From assembly GCA_038087875.1 (NCBI GenBank), contig CM075990.1, forward strand, positions 11,906,001 to 11,970,000: a stretch of DNA of 64,000 nt, in the 5' to 3' direction. The DNA comes from Malacoraja senta. Lineage: Eukaryota. Position numbers and translations under genes: made by a program. Shown in pieces: positions 13,047-26,645 of the stretch (within the stretch, counting starts at the first letter, position 1; the number at the start of each line of letters is the position of its first letter). Below the pieces are notes generated by a model that ran no database searches, was not told the DNA's origin, and was given only the letters and a program-made list of their open reading frames with translations.

Positions 13047-13360
13047 GTTTAGTTTAGAGATACAGCGCAGAAACAGGCCCTTCGGCCCACCGTGTCCGCA
13101 CTGACCAGTGATCCCTGCACACTAACACTATCCGACACGCACTAGGGACAATTTTACATATACAACAAGCCAATTAGCCTACATACCTGTACATCTTTGG
13201 AGTGTGGGAGCAAACCGAAGATCTCGGAGAAAACCCACGTGGTCACGGGGAGAACGTACAAACTCCGTGTACAGACAGCACCCGTAGTCGGGATGGAACC
13301 CGGGTCTCCGGCGCTGCAAGCGTTGTGAGGCAGCAACTCTACCGCTGCGCCACCATGGCC
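13047..13360 (-). mobile_element. tRNA-derived SINE (HE1/V-SINE-like)
   Basis: Full-length copy of the same family. Confidence 0.85.
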
Positions 13361-14467
13361 GCTGTTGCTCACACTCTGGATATGTTCACTTATTCAACGC
13401 AAATATAAATAATGCTTTACCAGTGGCTGAAGACAGAGTCTTCCGCAAACATCCTCTCTCGCTGTTCCCCCTCTGTGATTCCTCCTGCCCTCCGGCTTTT
13501 TTGCATATCTTTCATTCATTGTTCTTTATCTCTCCATATTACTGTCTATATCTCTCATTTCCCTTATCCCTAACCAGTCTGAAGAAGGGTCTTGACCCGA
13601 AACGTTACCCATTCCTTCTCTCCAGAGATGCTGCCTGTCCCGCTGAGTTAGTCCAGCCTTCTGTGTCTATCTTTGGTTTAAACCAGCATCTGCAGTTCCT
13701 TCTTACACACCACACGCCTTTCATGTTCATCTCGTTACCCAAGAGACTTACAGACTCTTCTCCAAAAATATATTTCCTTTCATAAAACTTGTGAATACAC
13801 AATTCAATTCACGTGGACAAGACAAGTTGCTACATTTGCCGACAAGATTTAGATTGCTTCAACATGGCATCTATCTTTCGCATATAATCCAGTGGAGATA
13901 TTTCTGAGAAATGTTACACAACTTTCAGGCCCTCCTCACAATGGTGAGAGGGCCCCTGTCATAGAATTGTGGATAGAATAGTCATAAACTCATCCAGTTA
14001 TACAACACGGAAACAAATTGGTTGACACTCGTGCATCCATTTACACCTAGTTTAGATGTGTTTAGAGATCAAATGCGGGAAAAAGGCCCTTCGGCCCGTC
14101 GAGTCCATGCCGGCCAGCGTTCCCCGCACCTTACACTATCGTTACCCATTCCTTCTATCCAGAAAAGTTCCGCTATGGGGGAAAAAAACACTATCCAGGG
14201 AAAGAGTTAAACCAAAAGGACCCAGAGGAGTCTGGTTCATTGACAGACATGGCTGCTAACTATTGCATTGGTAAAGGCTCTATTGGAAGTCAATAATTCT
14301 CATACAGTGGTTTGGACACAGGTTATACCCTGGACAGACACAAAATGTTGGAGTAACTCAGTGGGTCAGACTGAAGATGGGTCTCGACCCAGAAAGTCAC
14401 CTATTCCTTCTCTCCGGGGATGCTGCGTGTCCCGCTAAGTTACTCCAGCATTTTGTGTCTATCTTTC

Positions 14468-14790
14468 AGTCTTCTCTTCTTGCGAATGAAACATAAATAA
14501 ACCAAAGGAATAGTTGGATCTCAAGCCGGGTGTTGAGCAGCCAGGTTGTGGTCTCTGCGTCAATGTCTGCCAGGCCCTGAGCTCCATTTGGTGGGTGGTA
14601 GAGCGGGCACCCAGAGATGACACGGTTGGCTGCCTGTTGTTCTGCTCCGCATTCACAGGCTGGGCTTTGGTGGAGCCCCCATCACCACATGCTGGCATTG
14701 AAACGCCCAACTCCAGTACCAAGTCTGTTGAGCTTCACCCATGCTCCTCTGGGGAGGTCAGATCCTGGACAGCTTTTATCTGGTGAAGAG
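14468..14790 (-). mobile_element. RTE-X-like non-LTR retrotransposon 3' end (degenerate)
   Basis: The minus strand reads PGSDLPRGAWVKLNRLGTGVGRFNASMW*WGLHQSPACECGAEQQAANRVISGCPLYHPPNG..TWLL (C-terminal zinc-knuckle region), then a short UTR ending cattcgcaagaagagaag. Confidence 0.7.
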
Positions 14791-15166
14791 ATGTATCTTC
14801 AGTGTAAACCAGCATCTGCAGTTTCTTCCGACACAGGTTGTACCTTGTTTGATTTGATATTTCCTCTCATTTTATAATGCAGAAAGAGGCCATTCAGCCC
14901 GTGATGTGAGTGCTGGCTCTTTCAAAGAGCTGCAGAAATGATCACATTCCTTGTTCTATTTCCCACAGCTCCGCATCTGTTTCTCTGGCCTTGGGGCAGA
15001 ACAGACTGGCTTGTTAATGCTTCCAGCTCTGGGGACGCTTAGTTTAAATTTAAACACTGGATATGTAATTATGGTTAACTCATAAATTGTCTTTGAGTGG
15101 TTTGAGAGCCATCGTAGATAGTCATTTGATCTGAAGGACAGCTGCTTTCTCTCCCTAAAGGCGGAT

Positions 15167-15486
15167 GGTCACGGTGGTGCAGCGGTAGAGTTGCTGCCTT
15201 ACAGCGAATGCAGCACCGGAGACCTGGGTCCGATCCCGACTACGGGTGCTGTCTGTACAGAGTTTGTACGTTCTCCCCATGACCTGCGTGGGTTTTCTCC
15301 GAGATCTTCGGTTCGCTCCCACACTCCAAAGGTGTACAGGTTTGTAGGTTAACTGGCTTGGTAAAGGTAAAAATTGTCCCTAGTGGGTGTAGGATAGTGT
15401 TAATGCGCGGGGATCGCTGGTCGGCGCGGACCCGGTGGGCCGAAGGGCCGGTTTCCGCGCTGTATCTCTAAACTAAGCTAAACTAA
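15167..15486 (+). mobile_element. tRNA-derived SINE (HE1/V-SINE-like)
   Basis: Full-length copy. Further copies at about 2028-2328(-), 5612-5875, 25990-26280(-), 46293-46591, 50281-50585, 58368-58650 and 63003-63265. Confidence 0.85.
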
Positions 15487-16042
15487 AGGCCATTTGTAAC
15501 TCCGTTGGGCTTTTATAGCTATCCGTAGTTTTGTCGACATCAGTAACAACGTTTCTTTGGAAACCCTTCAAGTAAGCCCTTGCTTTCCCTCTCTCTCCAT
15601 CCCTTCTCAGTTCTCCGACCAGTGTGACTGTCTCTGGGTACATTTTATCTCTGTTTCCTTTGTTGTTAGCTTGTCCCAACTAACAATAATCTATTCTACA
15701 TTTTCCTTGATTTCCATTCCCTTTGTCATGTTTACACGCCTTACACTTCCTTATCTATGTCTCTCCCTCTCCCCTGACATCAGTCTGAAGAAGGGTCTCG
15801 ACCCCAGAGATGCTGCCTGTCCCTCTGAGTTACTCCAGCATTTTGTGTCTATTTTCGGCTTAAACCAGCCCCTGCAGTTCCTTCCGACACATTTCTTTAA
15901 CTGGATATAAACTGCACTGCTGCTGTGGTGAGGTTTGAGCTCCTGCCTCTGGATCATTGGGCCCGCCCATTATTTCGAACCAAGAACAGAAAAACAGCGA
16001 AAGAATATGAATAGCCCACAATTTAGCCTGTGTGGTACCAAA

Positions 16043-16273
16043 CTGTCCCACTTTCACGACCTAATTCACGATCTTTTTTACTCGTGGACATTTTTCATCA
16101 GGCTAGAAAAACGCCCAGACGTACTTGAGGCCACGAGTACCTACGACTAGCATCACGGCCTGCTACGACCTACCTACGACCTCCTACGACCTCGTGACGA
16201 CCATGCTGCGAGTATGAGTCCAGGGCAAACTCGGCAGAGGTCGTGAATTAGGTCGTGAAAGTGGGACAGGCCC
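16043..16273. mobile_element. MITE (PIF/Harbinger-like)
   Basis: TIRs ctgtcccactttcacgacctaattcacga / tcgtgaattaggtcgtgaaagtgggacag; internal ctacgac repeats. Confidence 0.75.
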
Positions 16274-17750
16274 TTAGGAATGGTTAGAAGGTTCACATCA
16301 AGGCCCACAGCTGGAAGCTGTAGAAATCCATGCTGACAATCCATCACAAGACTGACAAGAAGACACAGGAGAGCCTAGAAAGGACTTTCTGATGGGAATT
16401 GGATGCGATGGTGAAGATGAGTCGGTGGGTGCCAGGGAATTGGAAGTCGCTAAAATGGTGGAAATCTTGATGGTTCTGCAGAACTTGATAGGAACAGGAT
16501 TAGGCCATTCTGCCCATCAAGATATAAATCAGTTCCCTCTTAGCCCCATTCTCCTGCCTTCTCCCCATAGCCCCTGACACCCGCACTAATCAAGAATCTA
16601 TCTATCTCTGTCTTAAAAGTATCCATTGACTCGGCCTCCACAGCCTTCTGTGGCAACGAATTCTCCAGATTCACCACTGTTCGGTAACCTGGCCTCATGT
16701 CCGGCACGGACATTGTGGGCTGAAGGGCCTGGTGCTGTACAATTCTGGTTTCCATCTTCAATGCATCTTGCAAGAATGATTATGTAAGCTGGTTGAGGAT
16801 ATTAAATGGAATGTTTTAATGTTCAGCTGCTAGTTATAACAATCCAGCTGATGCCACAGGATGTGAAAGCTTTCTGTAGCAAACCCTGCTGGGCTCTGCA
16901 TTCCTCAGTGGTAAACAACAAGCAACTAATTGGCATTGAAATAGAAAGTTAGACCTATTTCACAGCAAAATCTTCTTGTTCTCAAAGCAAACGTGGAACC
17001 TTTGCAAGTGCTGTGATTTGGAATATTGCAATCTGCACAACAAGAACCGTCAGCAATCAATGTTTTACAAGTTTAGCTTAGTTTATTTAGTTTGGAGAAA
17101 CGTCATGAAACAGGCCGTTCGGTCCATCGAGATTATGCTGACCATCGATTACCCGTTCACACTAGCTCCATGTTATCCCACTTTCCAATTCACTCCCCAC
17201 ACACTCGGGACAATTTGCAGCCGTCAGTTAACCTGCAAACCCAAGATAGACTCACAGAGCTGGAGTAACTCAGCGGGTCAGACAGCACCTCTGAAGAAAA
17301 GGAATAGGATGACGTTTCGGGTCTATGTTGGGTCTACCTGAAACGTCACCCATTCCTTCTCTCCAGAGATGCTGTCTGACCCCCTGAGTTATTCCAGCTT
17401 TTTGTGTCTATCTTCGGTGTAAACCAGCATCTGCAGTTCCTTCCTACACAACTCAGTTTCTCTCTCCATAGAGGCTGCCCAACCCGCTGAGTATTTCCAA
17501 CGTTCTTGGTTTCTAGAAACGAAGAACTGCAGATGCTGGTTTACAGCAAGGTGGACACAAAGTTCGACAGTAACTCTGCGGATCAGGCAGCATCTTTGGA
17601 GAAAAATGATGGGTGCGTTTCGGGTCGGGACCTTTCTTCAGACTGATTTTGGCTTCTATTTTAATTTTAAAAGTCAGACTTGTTTTTCTGGATATATCAC
17701 ATGTGTTTAATACATTAAAAAATAAAACACTAAAATACAAGGTAAAATAC

Positions 17751-18426
17751 AAGCATGCAGGTACAGCAGGCAGTGAAGAAAGCTAATGCCATGTTGGCCT
17801 TCTTAACAAGAGGAGTACAGGAGCAAAGGGATCCTTCTGCAGTTGTACAGGGCCCTAGTGAGACCACACCTGGAGTATTGTGTGCAGTTTTGGTCCCCTA
17901 ATTTGAGGAAGGACATTCTTGCTATTGAGGGAGTGCAGCATAGGTTCACAAGGTTAATTCCCGGGATGGCGGGACTGTCATATGCTGAGAGAATGGAGCG
18001 GCTGGGCTTGTACACTCTGGAATTTAGAAGGATGAGAGGGGATCTTATTGAAATATAAGATTATTAAGGGATTGGACACGCTAGAGGCAGGAAACATGTT
18101 CCTGATGTTGAGGGAGTCCAGAACCAGGGGCCACAGTTTAAGAATAAGGGGTAAGCCATTTAGAATGGAGATGAGAAAAAACGTTTTCACCCAGAGAGTT
18201 GTGAATCTGTGGAATTATCTGCCTCAGAAGGCAGTGGAGACCAATTCTCTGGATGCTTTCAAGAGAGAGCTAGATAGGGCTCTTAAAGATAGCGGAGTCA
18301 GGGGATGTGGTGAGATGGCAGGAACGGGGTACTGATTGTATGATCAGCCATGCTCACAGTGAATGGCGGTGCTGGCTCGAAGGGCCGAAGGGCCTGCTCC
18401 TGCACCTATTGACTATTGTCTATTGT
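17751..18426 (+). mobile_element. CR1-clade LINE 3' fragment
   Basis: Encodes LYRALVRPHLEYCVQFWSP..RTRGHSLRI..FTQRVVNLWN, followed by the CR1 3' UTR and an (actattgt)-like tail. Confidence 0.92.
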
Positions 18427-21400
18427 AATTATTAATCAGCTTATAGTCCAAATGAGTAGGTTTTTCATGCAGGTATCTGGCATCTGAGTCTCTTCAGTTC
18501 AACAACAAAACTGGGGAAAGGTTAAAAAGTAGAGTAACGCTGCCCCCACTAGGTGTAAGATGGAATGGCGTCGAGCTGACCATGATTGGGAGATGCAGAA
18601 ATGAAGGACTGAAGAAGGGTTTCGGCCCGAAACGTTGCCTATTGCCTTCGCTCCATAGATGCTGCTGCACCCGCTGAGTTTCTCCAGCATTTTTGTGTAC
18701 CCTGAAGGACTGCAAATGCTGGTTAATACACAATAGGTCACAAAGGTGCTGGAGTAACTCAGCACGTCAGGCAGCATCTCTGAAGAACATGGATAGGTGA
18801 CGTTTCAGGTTGAGACCCTTCTTCAGACTTGGTTCGGGGCAAAGTTTTAGTCTGAGCAGTCTGTTTTCTTGTGTTTCCTCGTTGACGCGGAGTGGTTAGT
18901 GTTGCAGTAGCTGACTAGAACTGGACTAACAACCTCAGGATCTGAATACGATCAACAGAAATGAAGTTTACATCTGCCATGTCAGTTCAAGAATTGAATA
19001 CTAATTATAAACAAAGGTGGCAGACCTGATGTGCAGTAGGCTAGATGGGCCGAATGGCCTAATTCTACTCCTATAACCTGTGGACTACAAATTCTGTTTC
19101 CCCTTTCCACCGACTGACCAACAGATGCCGACTGACCAACTTGGATATGCCAAACACAAGGAACAGCCGATAGTTACAAAATGCTGGAGTAACTCAGCGG
19201 GTCAGGCAGCCTCAGGAGAGAAGGAATGGGAGGCGTTTCGGGTCGAGACCCTTCTTCAGACTGAGAGTCAGGGGAGAGGGAAGCTAGAGATATGAACAGG
19301 AACATATCTCTATCTCTAGTTTCATACCTTTTCGTACCTCTAGTTTCTTTTAAGGGCATTGGGTTGTCCATTTAGATGTGAGCTGGACTCCCTACACACT
19401 ATAGCCACTATCGCCAGGCTAATTAAAACTCAGACCTGCATGTCTTTGGTATGTGGGAGGAAACTGGAGAACCCGGCAACAACCACACCCTGGAAATTAC
19501 TTTGACACAACCAAACAGTGGAGCAGCTGGTAGAGTTGCTACCTCACTGCACTGGAGACCCAAGTTCAATCCTGACCTCGGGTGCTGTCTATGTCGTGTT
19601 TTCACGTTCTCCTGTGACCGCATGGGTTTCCTCCGGATGCTCTGGTTTCACAGAGTGATACAGCGTGTGGACTCTATGGCCCAACTTGCCCACACCAGCC
19701 AACATGCCCCAGCTACACTCATCCCACCTGCCTGCATTTGGCCCATATCCCTCCAAACCAGCCCTATCCATGTTCCTGTCTTTAGAACTGATGGACCTTT
19801 CTTCCCTTGTTCCGAAGCCGTGTTGGTTCGCAGGTTAATTTGGCCTCTGTAAATTGCCCATTGGGTGCAGTTACATGGAACTGGCAGCATGTCTGGGGAG
19901 AAGGAATGGGTGACATTTCGGGTTGAGACCCTTCTTCAGGCTTCTCGACCCGAAACGTCACCCATTCCTTCTCACCAGAGACGGCTGCCCGACCCGCTGA
20001 GTTACTCCAGCTTTTTGTGTCTATCTTTGGTTTAAACCAGCATCTGCAGTTCCTCCTTACAAATAACATGGAACAAGTGTGAATGGGTAATCGCTGGTCG
20101 GTGGGGACTCGGTGGGCTGAAGGGCCTGTTTCCATGCTATATCTCTCACTGGGCTCTGAACAACGGGACTCTCAGTTATGCTGAAAAATGAAGGGAGCCC
20201 ACTGGATCTGTGCTCCTGCTTAGTCTTCCCTGACAGGTGCTGAGGGACATAATTGCAGCTCTAATTGCTGATGGGTGCTTTAATGTTTAACACACTCAAG
20301 CCGGGACTGACACACACTTGGTTTTTAAAATGCCTTCTCGACACATGAGATATATGGAATAATGTACTATTAAAGGCAACGGCAATTAAGGTACATTGGG
20401 TTCGCTGGTCAAAGACAGAAATGGATAAAGTAATAACATCTCCCTGACAGCTCAGTCCTGTCAGGCTTTATTTAAACCCTGACAAAATGTTATTACCTGA
20501 CTTAATCAGGATGGAAGTGTCTGGACAATGGGCTGTTTGATGAGTTGGTGCGCTGTTTCACAATCTACTAATGGGTCTAAATTTATGCCAATTCCACAGC
20601 AGGCTGGAACGTGGAGTGCGGACGTGCATTAATTTTGTCCAAGCTGACCTTGCTGATGTTGGCTCTTGCGGAAGCTTGACTTGGTGAAAGGCGGAGGGGA
20701 GGGGTGGGGTGGGGATAATGATCGCGTTGCAGGTGGCAGAGTAGGCAGCGGGAACGCCTCTAAATCAGGTTAGTGTTCGAGACCGGGACGGGGCAGCTGT
20801 GGAACAGAGGAAGCCGGCCACAAATCAAATTTCTAAATGGAAAGTTGCACAAAGTGGGACAAAGATTAAATCAATTACTGCATCTGCCCTGACAGGACCG
20901 GGGCAACCTGCAATGAAATTATGCACAAATAAAGAAAAATGTTCCCGGAGACAGATGTGTGCCAAGTCACAGAGTCAGAGAGTGATACAGCGTGGAAACA
21001 GGCCCTTCGGCCCAACTTGCCCACACTAGCCAACATGTCCCAACTACACTAGTCCCACCTGCCCGCATTTGGTCCATATCCTTCCAAACCTGTCCTATTC
21101 ATGTACCTGTCTAACTGTTTCTTAAATGTTGGGATAGTCCCTGCCTCAACTACCTCCTCTGGCAGCTCGTTCCATACACCCACCACCCTTTGTGTTGAAA
21201 ATGTTACCCCTCAGATTCCGATTAAATCTTTTCCCCTTCACCTTAAGCCTGTGTCCTCTGGTCCTCGATTCATCTACTCTAAGCACGACCAATAAAGGCA
21301 AGTATATCTCGTGCTTCTTTCCCACCCAATCTTCTGCTGTTGCCACCTTTCAAGGAGCTATTGACTTGCACTCCAAACTCACTATTGTTCCAAAATCATC

Positions 21401-22092
21401 GCTATCATCTTGAGTCTCCCTGTCTGTCTCCACACAGGATTTATATGAATATTCGTTTAAAATTAAACTTGGTCCTGGTGAAGTAGTAACTCCACAAATA
21501 AATAACATCTATTCTGCACTATTTAAATCATGTTAAATCACATTTTTATGCATCTTAAACCACGAAACAGCTTTATTAGCTCCTAAAGGCAAATATATTA
21601 TGAATAATGACAAGGTAACAAATATCTGTCCCTCCTAATCGGAGCTTCAGAGATGAGTGTAGGAGAGGTGAAAGTGGCTTAAATTTCCTAGTACAGATGC
21701 ATCAATAACATTGCCAATTTAATGCATTCCAGCGTCTGCAGTTCCTTGTATCACCATAAACCTTTCATGTCTGGGATATTTGGCAAAGTTCAATCCTGAT
21801 CTCAGGATATCGGTGAAACTACGGTTTTGAGCCATGTTATTGCGCGGACTTTATCCGTGCACATGAGAAGCATGCAGTTGCAGACTGTTGACAGTGGGGG
21901 GCGATCATGGGTCGGGTTACTGCCAATGTTTGATCAGTTTATACAACACAGATACAGGCCCACCGCCCACACCAACCAGCGAGCACCGTATACGAACCCT
22001 ATCCTACAAACACTAGGGACAATTTGCAATCTTTCACCAAAGTCAATTAACCTACAAAACTGTACGTCTTTGGAGTGTGGGCTGAAACTGGA

Positions 22093-23016
22093 GATAGAAA
22101 CATAGAAACATAGAAAATAGGTGCAGGAGTAGGTCATTCGGCCCTTCGAGCCTGCACCGCCATTCAATATGATCATGGCTGATCATCCAACTCAGTATCC
22201 CGTACCTGCCTTCTCTCCATACCCCCTGATCCCCTTTAGCCACAAGGGCCACATCTAACTCCCTCTTAAATATATCCTATGAACTGGCCTCAACTACCCT
22301 CTGTGGCAGAGAGTTCCAGAGATTCACCACTCTGTGTGAAAAAGTTTTTCCTCATCTCGGTCTTAAAGGATTTCCCCCTTATCCTTAAGCTGTGACCGCT
22401 TGTCCTGGACTTCCCCAACATCGGGAACAATCTTCCTGCATCTAGCCTGTCCAACCCCATAAGAATTTTGTACGTTTCTATAAGATCCCCTCTCAATCTC
22501 CTAATTTCTAGCGAGTATAAGCCAAGTCTATCCAGTCTTTCTTCATATGAAAGTCCTGACATCCCAGGAATCAGTCTGGTGAACCTTCTCTGCACTCACT
22601 CTATGGCTATAATGTCCTTCCTCAGATTTGGAGACCAAAACTGTACGCAATACTCCAGGTGTGGTCTCACCAAGACCCTGTACAACTGCAGTAGAACCTC
22701 CCTGCTCCTATACTCAAATCCTCTTGCTATGAAAGCCAACATACCATTCGCTTTCTTCACTGCTTGCTGCACCTGCATGCCTACTTTCAATGACTGGTGT
22801 ACCATGACACCCAGGTCTCGCTGCATCTCCCCATTTCCTACTCGGCCACCATTTAGATAATAGTCTGCCTTCCCGTTTTTGCCACCAAAGTGGATAACCT
22901 CACATTTATCCACATTATACTGCATCTGCCAAACATTTGCCCACTCACCCAGCCTATCCAAGTCACCTTGCAGCCTCCTAGCATCCTCCTCACAGCTAAC
23001 ACTGCCCCCCAGCTTC
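22093..23016 (-). mobile_element. CR1-clade LINE 3' fragment (longest in the window)
   Basis: Encodes LQGDLDRLGEWANVWQMQYNVDKCEVIHFG..RDLGV..VRPHLEYCVQFWSP, with a (tttctatg)n tail at about 22093-22115. Confidence 0.93.
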
Positions 23017-24355
23017 CCGGGGAAAACCCACACCGGTCAATAGACAATAGACAATAGGTGCAGGAGTAGGCCATTTGGCCCTTCGAGCCAGCACCGCCAT
23101 TTAATGTGATCATGGCTGATCATCCCCAATCAGTACCCCGTTCCTGCCTTCTCCCCATATCCCCTGATACGGGGAGAACGTGCAAACTCCGTACAGACAG
23201 CTCTTGTAGTCAGGATCGGAGCCGGGTCTCTGGCGCTGTGAGGCAGCAGCTCTATCATTGCACCACCGTGCCGCAGTACTTTTGATTCTTAAAGGTACCA
23301 GGGCTACATTTTAGTGTTTGGATCATTACGTATGCAGGAAAAGGGACTCTGGTTAGAGGAACGTGATCTGCACAGTTTGCATATAAAATGGTTATGAATA
23401 TATGTGTGTGTGTGTCACCCATTTATGAATACTTGTGCACAATCTGTCATTACACTGAAGAGATCAGGCCCTCTACACAAAGTGCTGGATCAACTCAGCA
23501 GGTCAGCCAGAATCTCTGAGAGACATAGATAGGTGACGTTTCAGGCAAAACTCTTCTTCATGTTCTCCAGAGATGCTGCCTGACCCACCGAATCGTTCCA
23601 GCACTTGTTCCAGCACAAGGCCTGCAAAGAGTGGATGTGGAGAGGATATTTCCATTAGTGGGAGAGTCCAGGACCAGAGGCCATAGCCTCAGAATAAAAG
23701 GGCATACCTTTAGAAAGGTGATGAGGAGGAATTTCTTTAGTCAGAGGGTGGTGAATCCTTCCTCTACGGAAGCCAATCAACCTACAAACTGGAGATTACA
23801 GAGGCTTAGTCAATGGATATTGTTAAGGCGGAGATTTTCAGATTAGTTTAGAGATACAGGCGGAATCAGGCCCTTTGGTCCACCAAGTCTATGCCGACCA
23901 GCGATCTCAGCACACTAAAGCCATCCTATACACACGAGGGACATTTTACAGTTCATTGCTTCTTGAATTTTAACGTTGAAATTTTGGTTTTTCAACAGAA
24001 ACAAGACGTCAGTGGTTGGGGAAATCTGCCTGAGGGTGAAGGCCCTTCTGCAGTTGCGCATGGAAGTGCAGTGAAGTGAGTAAACACTGAGTTTCTGTCA
24101 GGCTTCGGAGTTTCTGTCTATGGCCACATTTCTGCTTTTGTCTCTTCCTGTGGTGAACGTTGCCATGTCTCGTCACGGGGATCTGCTCCAGAATCTTTGA
24201 AGAATGCACCAACAATACACGCTCTGAAACCTTGTTATCTTTCACAGGTGAGTTGTCCACTTTTGGCCTGGTGTACTTGCACCGCTTGCTTTCTTATCGA
24301 GATTCAAGACTGTACGTGTGTTTGTAGACAGACACAACAAGCTGGAGTAACTCAG

Positions 24356-24519
24356 CGTGTGCATTGTGTGTGTGTGCAGTTTGTGTGTGTGCATTGTGTG
24401 TGTGTGTGTGTGCATTGTTTGTGTGTATGTGTGTGCGTGTGCATTGTGTGTGTGTGTGTGTGTGCATTGTGTGTGTGTGCATTGTGTGTGTGTATGTGAG
24501 AGTGTGTGTGTGTATGCAT

Positions 24520-24555
<36 letters not shown>

Positions 24556-24650
24556 TGTGTGTGAGTGTGTGTGTGTGTATGCATTGTTTGTGCATGTGCA
24601 TTGTGTGTGTGAGTGTGTGTGTGTGTGTGTGTGTGAGTGTGTGCATGTGC

Positions 24651-24701
<51 letters not shown>

Positions 24702-24743
24702 ATTGTGTGTGTGAGTGTGTGTGTGTGCATTGTGTGTGTGAGT

Positions 24744-24818
<75 letters not shown>

Positions 24819-24901
24819 TGTGTGTGTGTGTGTGTGTGCATTGTGTGTGTGAGTGTGTGTGCATTGTTTGTGTGTGTGCATTGTGTGTGTGAATGTGTGT
24901 T
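24356..24901. repeat. Compound (TG)n microsatellite with recurrent tgcattg and tgag interruptions
   Basis: Directly visible; about 545 bp. Confidence 0.97.
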
Positions 24902-26645
24902 ACAGTTGTTGAACTTTCATCACAAATTTGAATTTGAATTTGAAACACAGAATGTCTGCCGGAATGGTAAGAGCCAGCCCAGACTGAGTGGCCTGGAATA
25001 ATCTCCTTCCAACGCCTCACTATTGAACCAGTTGGAGTCATGAGACGTTCCACATGACAGTCAGATCAGCGCCAGCTGTGGGTTGTGAAATAAGCTTTAC
25101 ATAGTGACTTTTGTAAACATCTTGCATAGTTTTCTTTGGTATATTTGCACTAGAGTTCTTAATTAGAAGTCTATTTTTTTAGTGCTCATTATTTCTATTT
25201 CACACATGGCTATCTCCCCTCTGTTGCTTCTATTGTCTATCTGCCTTGATATATTTATCGAAGTCCATGTATATCCTTATAAGCTAAAGTGCTGATAAAG
25301 AGAATATATCCGCTGACGTTGTGTTCTGTTTGATTTCTGTATTCTGTTGTAGTTAGACACAAAAAGCTGGAGTAACTCAGCGGGTCAAACAGTATCTCTG
25401 GAGGAAAGGAATAGGTGATGTTTCGAGACCCCTCTTCAGACCTGAAATGTCACCTATTCCTTCTCTCCAAAGATGCTGTCTGACCCGCTGCGTTACTCCA
25501 GCTTTTTGTGTCTTTCACTAAAGAAGAGGCAGGTTGGTTTGCTTATTTGGAAAGAAATGAGACTAAGGATGGGAGGGGGTGGGGGGGGGGGGGGGGAGGA
25601 GAGGGGGAAGGAGTTAATTAAAGTGTAAAAAAGATTGGGAGGGTGTAGCAGGGAGAACAACAACACGTTAGTTCCTGGACAGGGCAGATTGCAACGAGGA
25701 TATAGAGGTTGAAGGGCTCGAGAGGAGTTGAGAAAATAACATTAAACGGTGACCAGGTTTTGCAATTCACTGCCTGGATAAGTGGTGGAGAATGAAGTGC
25801 TCACTTCACTTATTGGGAATCTGTGTGGCTTCTTGGAGACTCCTAACCTTCAGACCAGGAATTTCAGAAGGCCTCTGATAGACACAAAATGCTAGAGTAA
25901 CAGTAGGTCAGGCAGCATCCCTGAAGAACATGGATAGGTGACGTTTTGGGTCGGGACCCTCCTTAGATGGAGGGTTACTCCAGCATTTTAGTTTGTTGTA
26001 TCTTAGAGATACAGCGCGGAAACAGGCCCACCGAGTCTGCACCAAACAGCGATCCTCGTACATTAATACTACCTAGCACACCACGAGGGACAATTTCACA
26101 TTTATAACCAAGCCAATTAACCAACAAAAGCTAGGTACGTCTTTGGAGTGTGGGAGGAAACGGAAGATCTCGGAGAAAACCCACGCGCATCACGGGGAGA
26201 ACGTGCAAACTCCTTACAGACAGGCAACTGCAGTCAGGATTGAAGCTGGGTTTCTGGCGCTCAAAGGCAGCAACTCTGCCACCCATTTTTTGTGGGTAGA
26301 CAAAAGTGCTGGAGAAACTCAGCGGGTGAGGCAGCATCTATGGAGCGAAGGAAATAGGCGACGTTTCGGGTCGAGACCCTTCTTCAGACTGATGGAAGGT
26401 CTCGATCCGAAACGTTGCCTATTCCTTCGCTCCATAGATGCTGCCTCACCCACTGAGTTTCTCCAGCATTTTTGTCTACCTTCGATTTTCCAGCATCTAC
26501 AGTTCCTTCTTAAAGTTTACACGTTTTTTGTGTCTATCTTTGGTAAAAAGCAGCATCTGCAGTTCATTTTTATAACAGGGTGGATTTTGCATTGAATGTG
26601 GAGTAGCAATGGGCTGTGAATGCTGAGGGAGGCAGTGTGGTGCAG

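Noticed and set aside
15167..15250. tRNA gene
   Set aside because: The A/B boxes belong to SINE heads followed by SINE core and tail; there is no complete cloverleaf.
16135..16200. CRISPR-like or regulatory short repeat array (ctacgac units)
   Set aside because: These are 7-10-bp internal MITE repeats with no spacers, in a eukaryotic context.
24197..25053. His/Thr- and Val/Cys-rich ORFs
   Set aside because: Translations of the (TG)n microsatellite.
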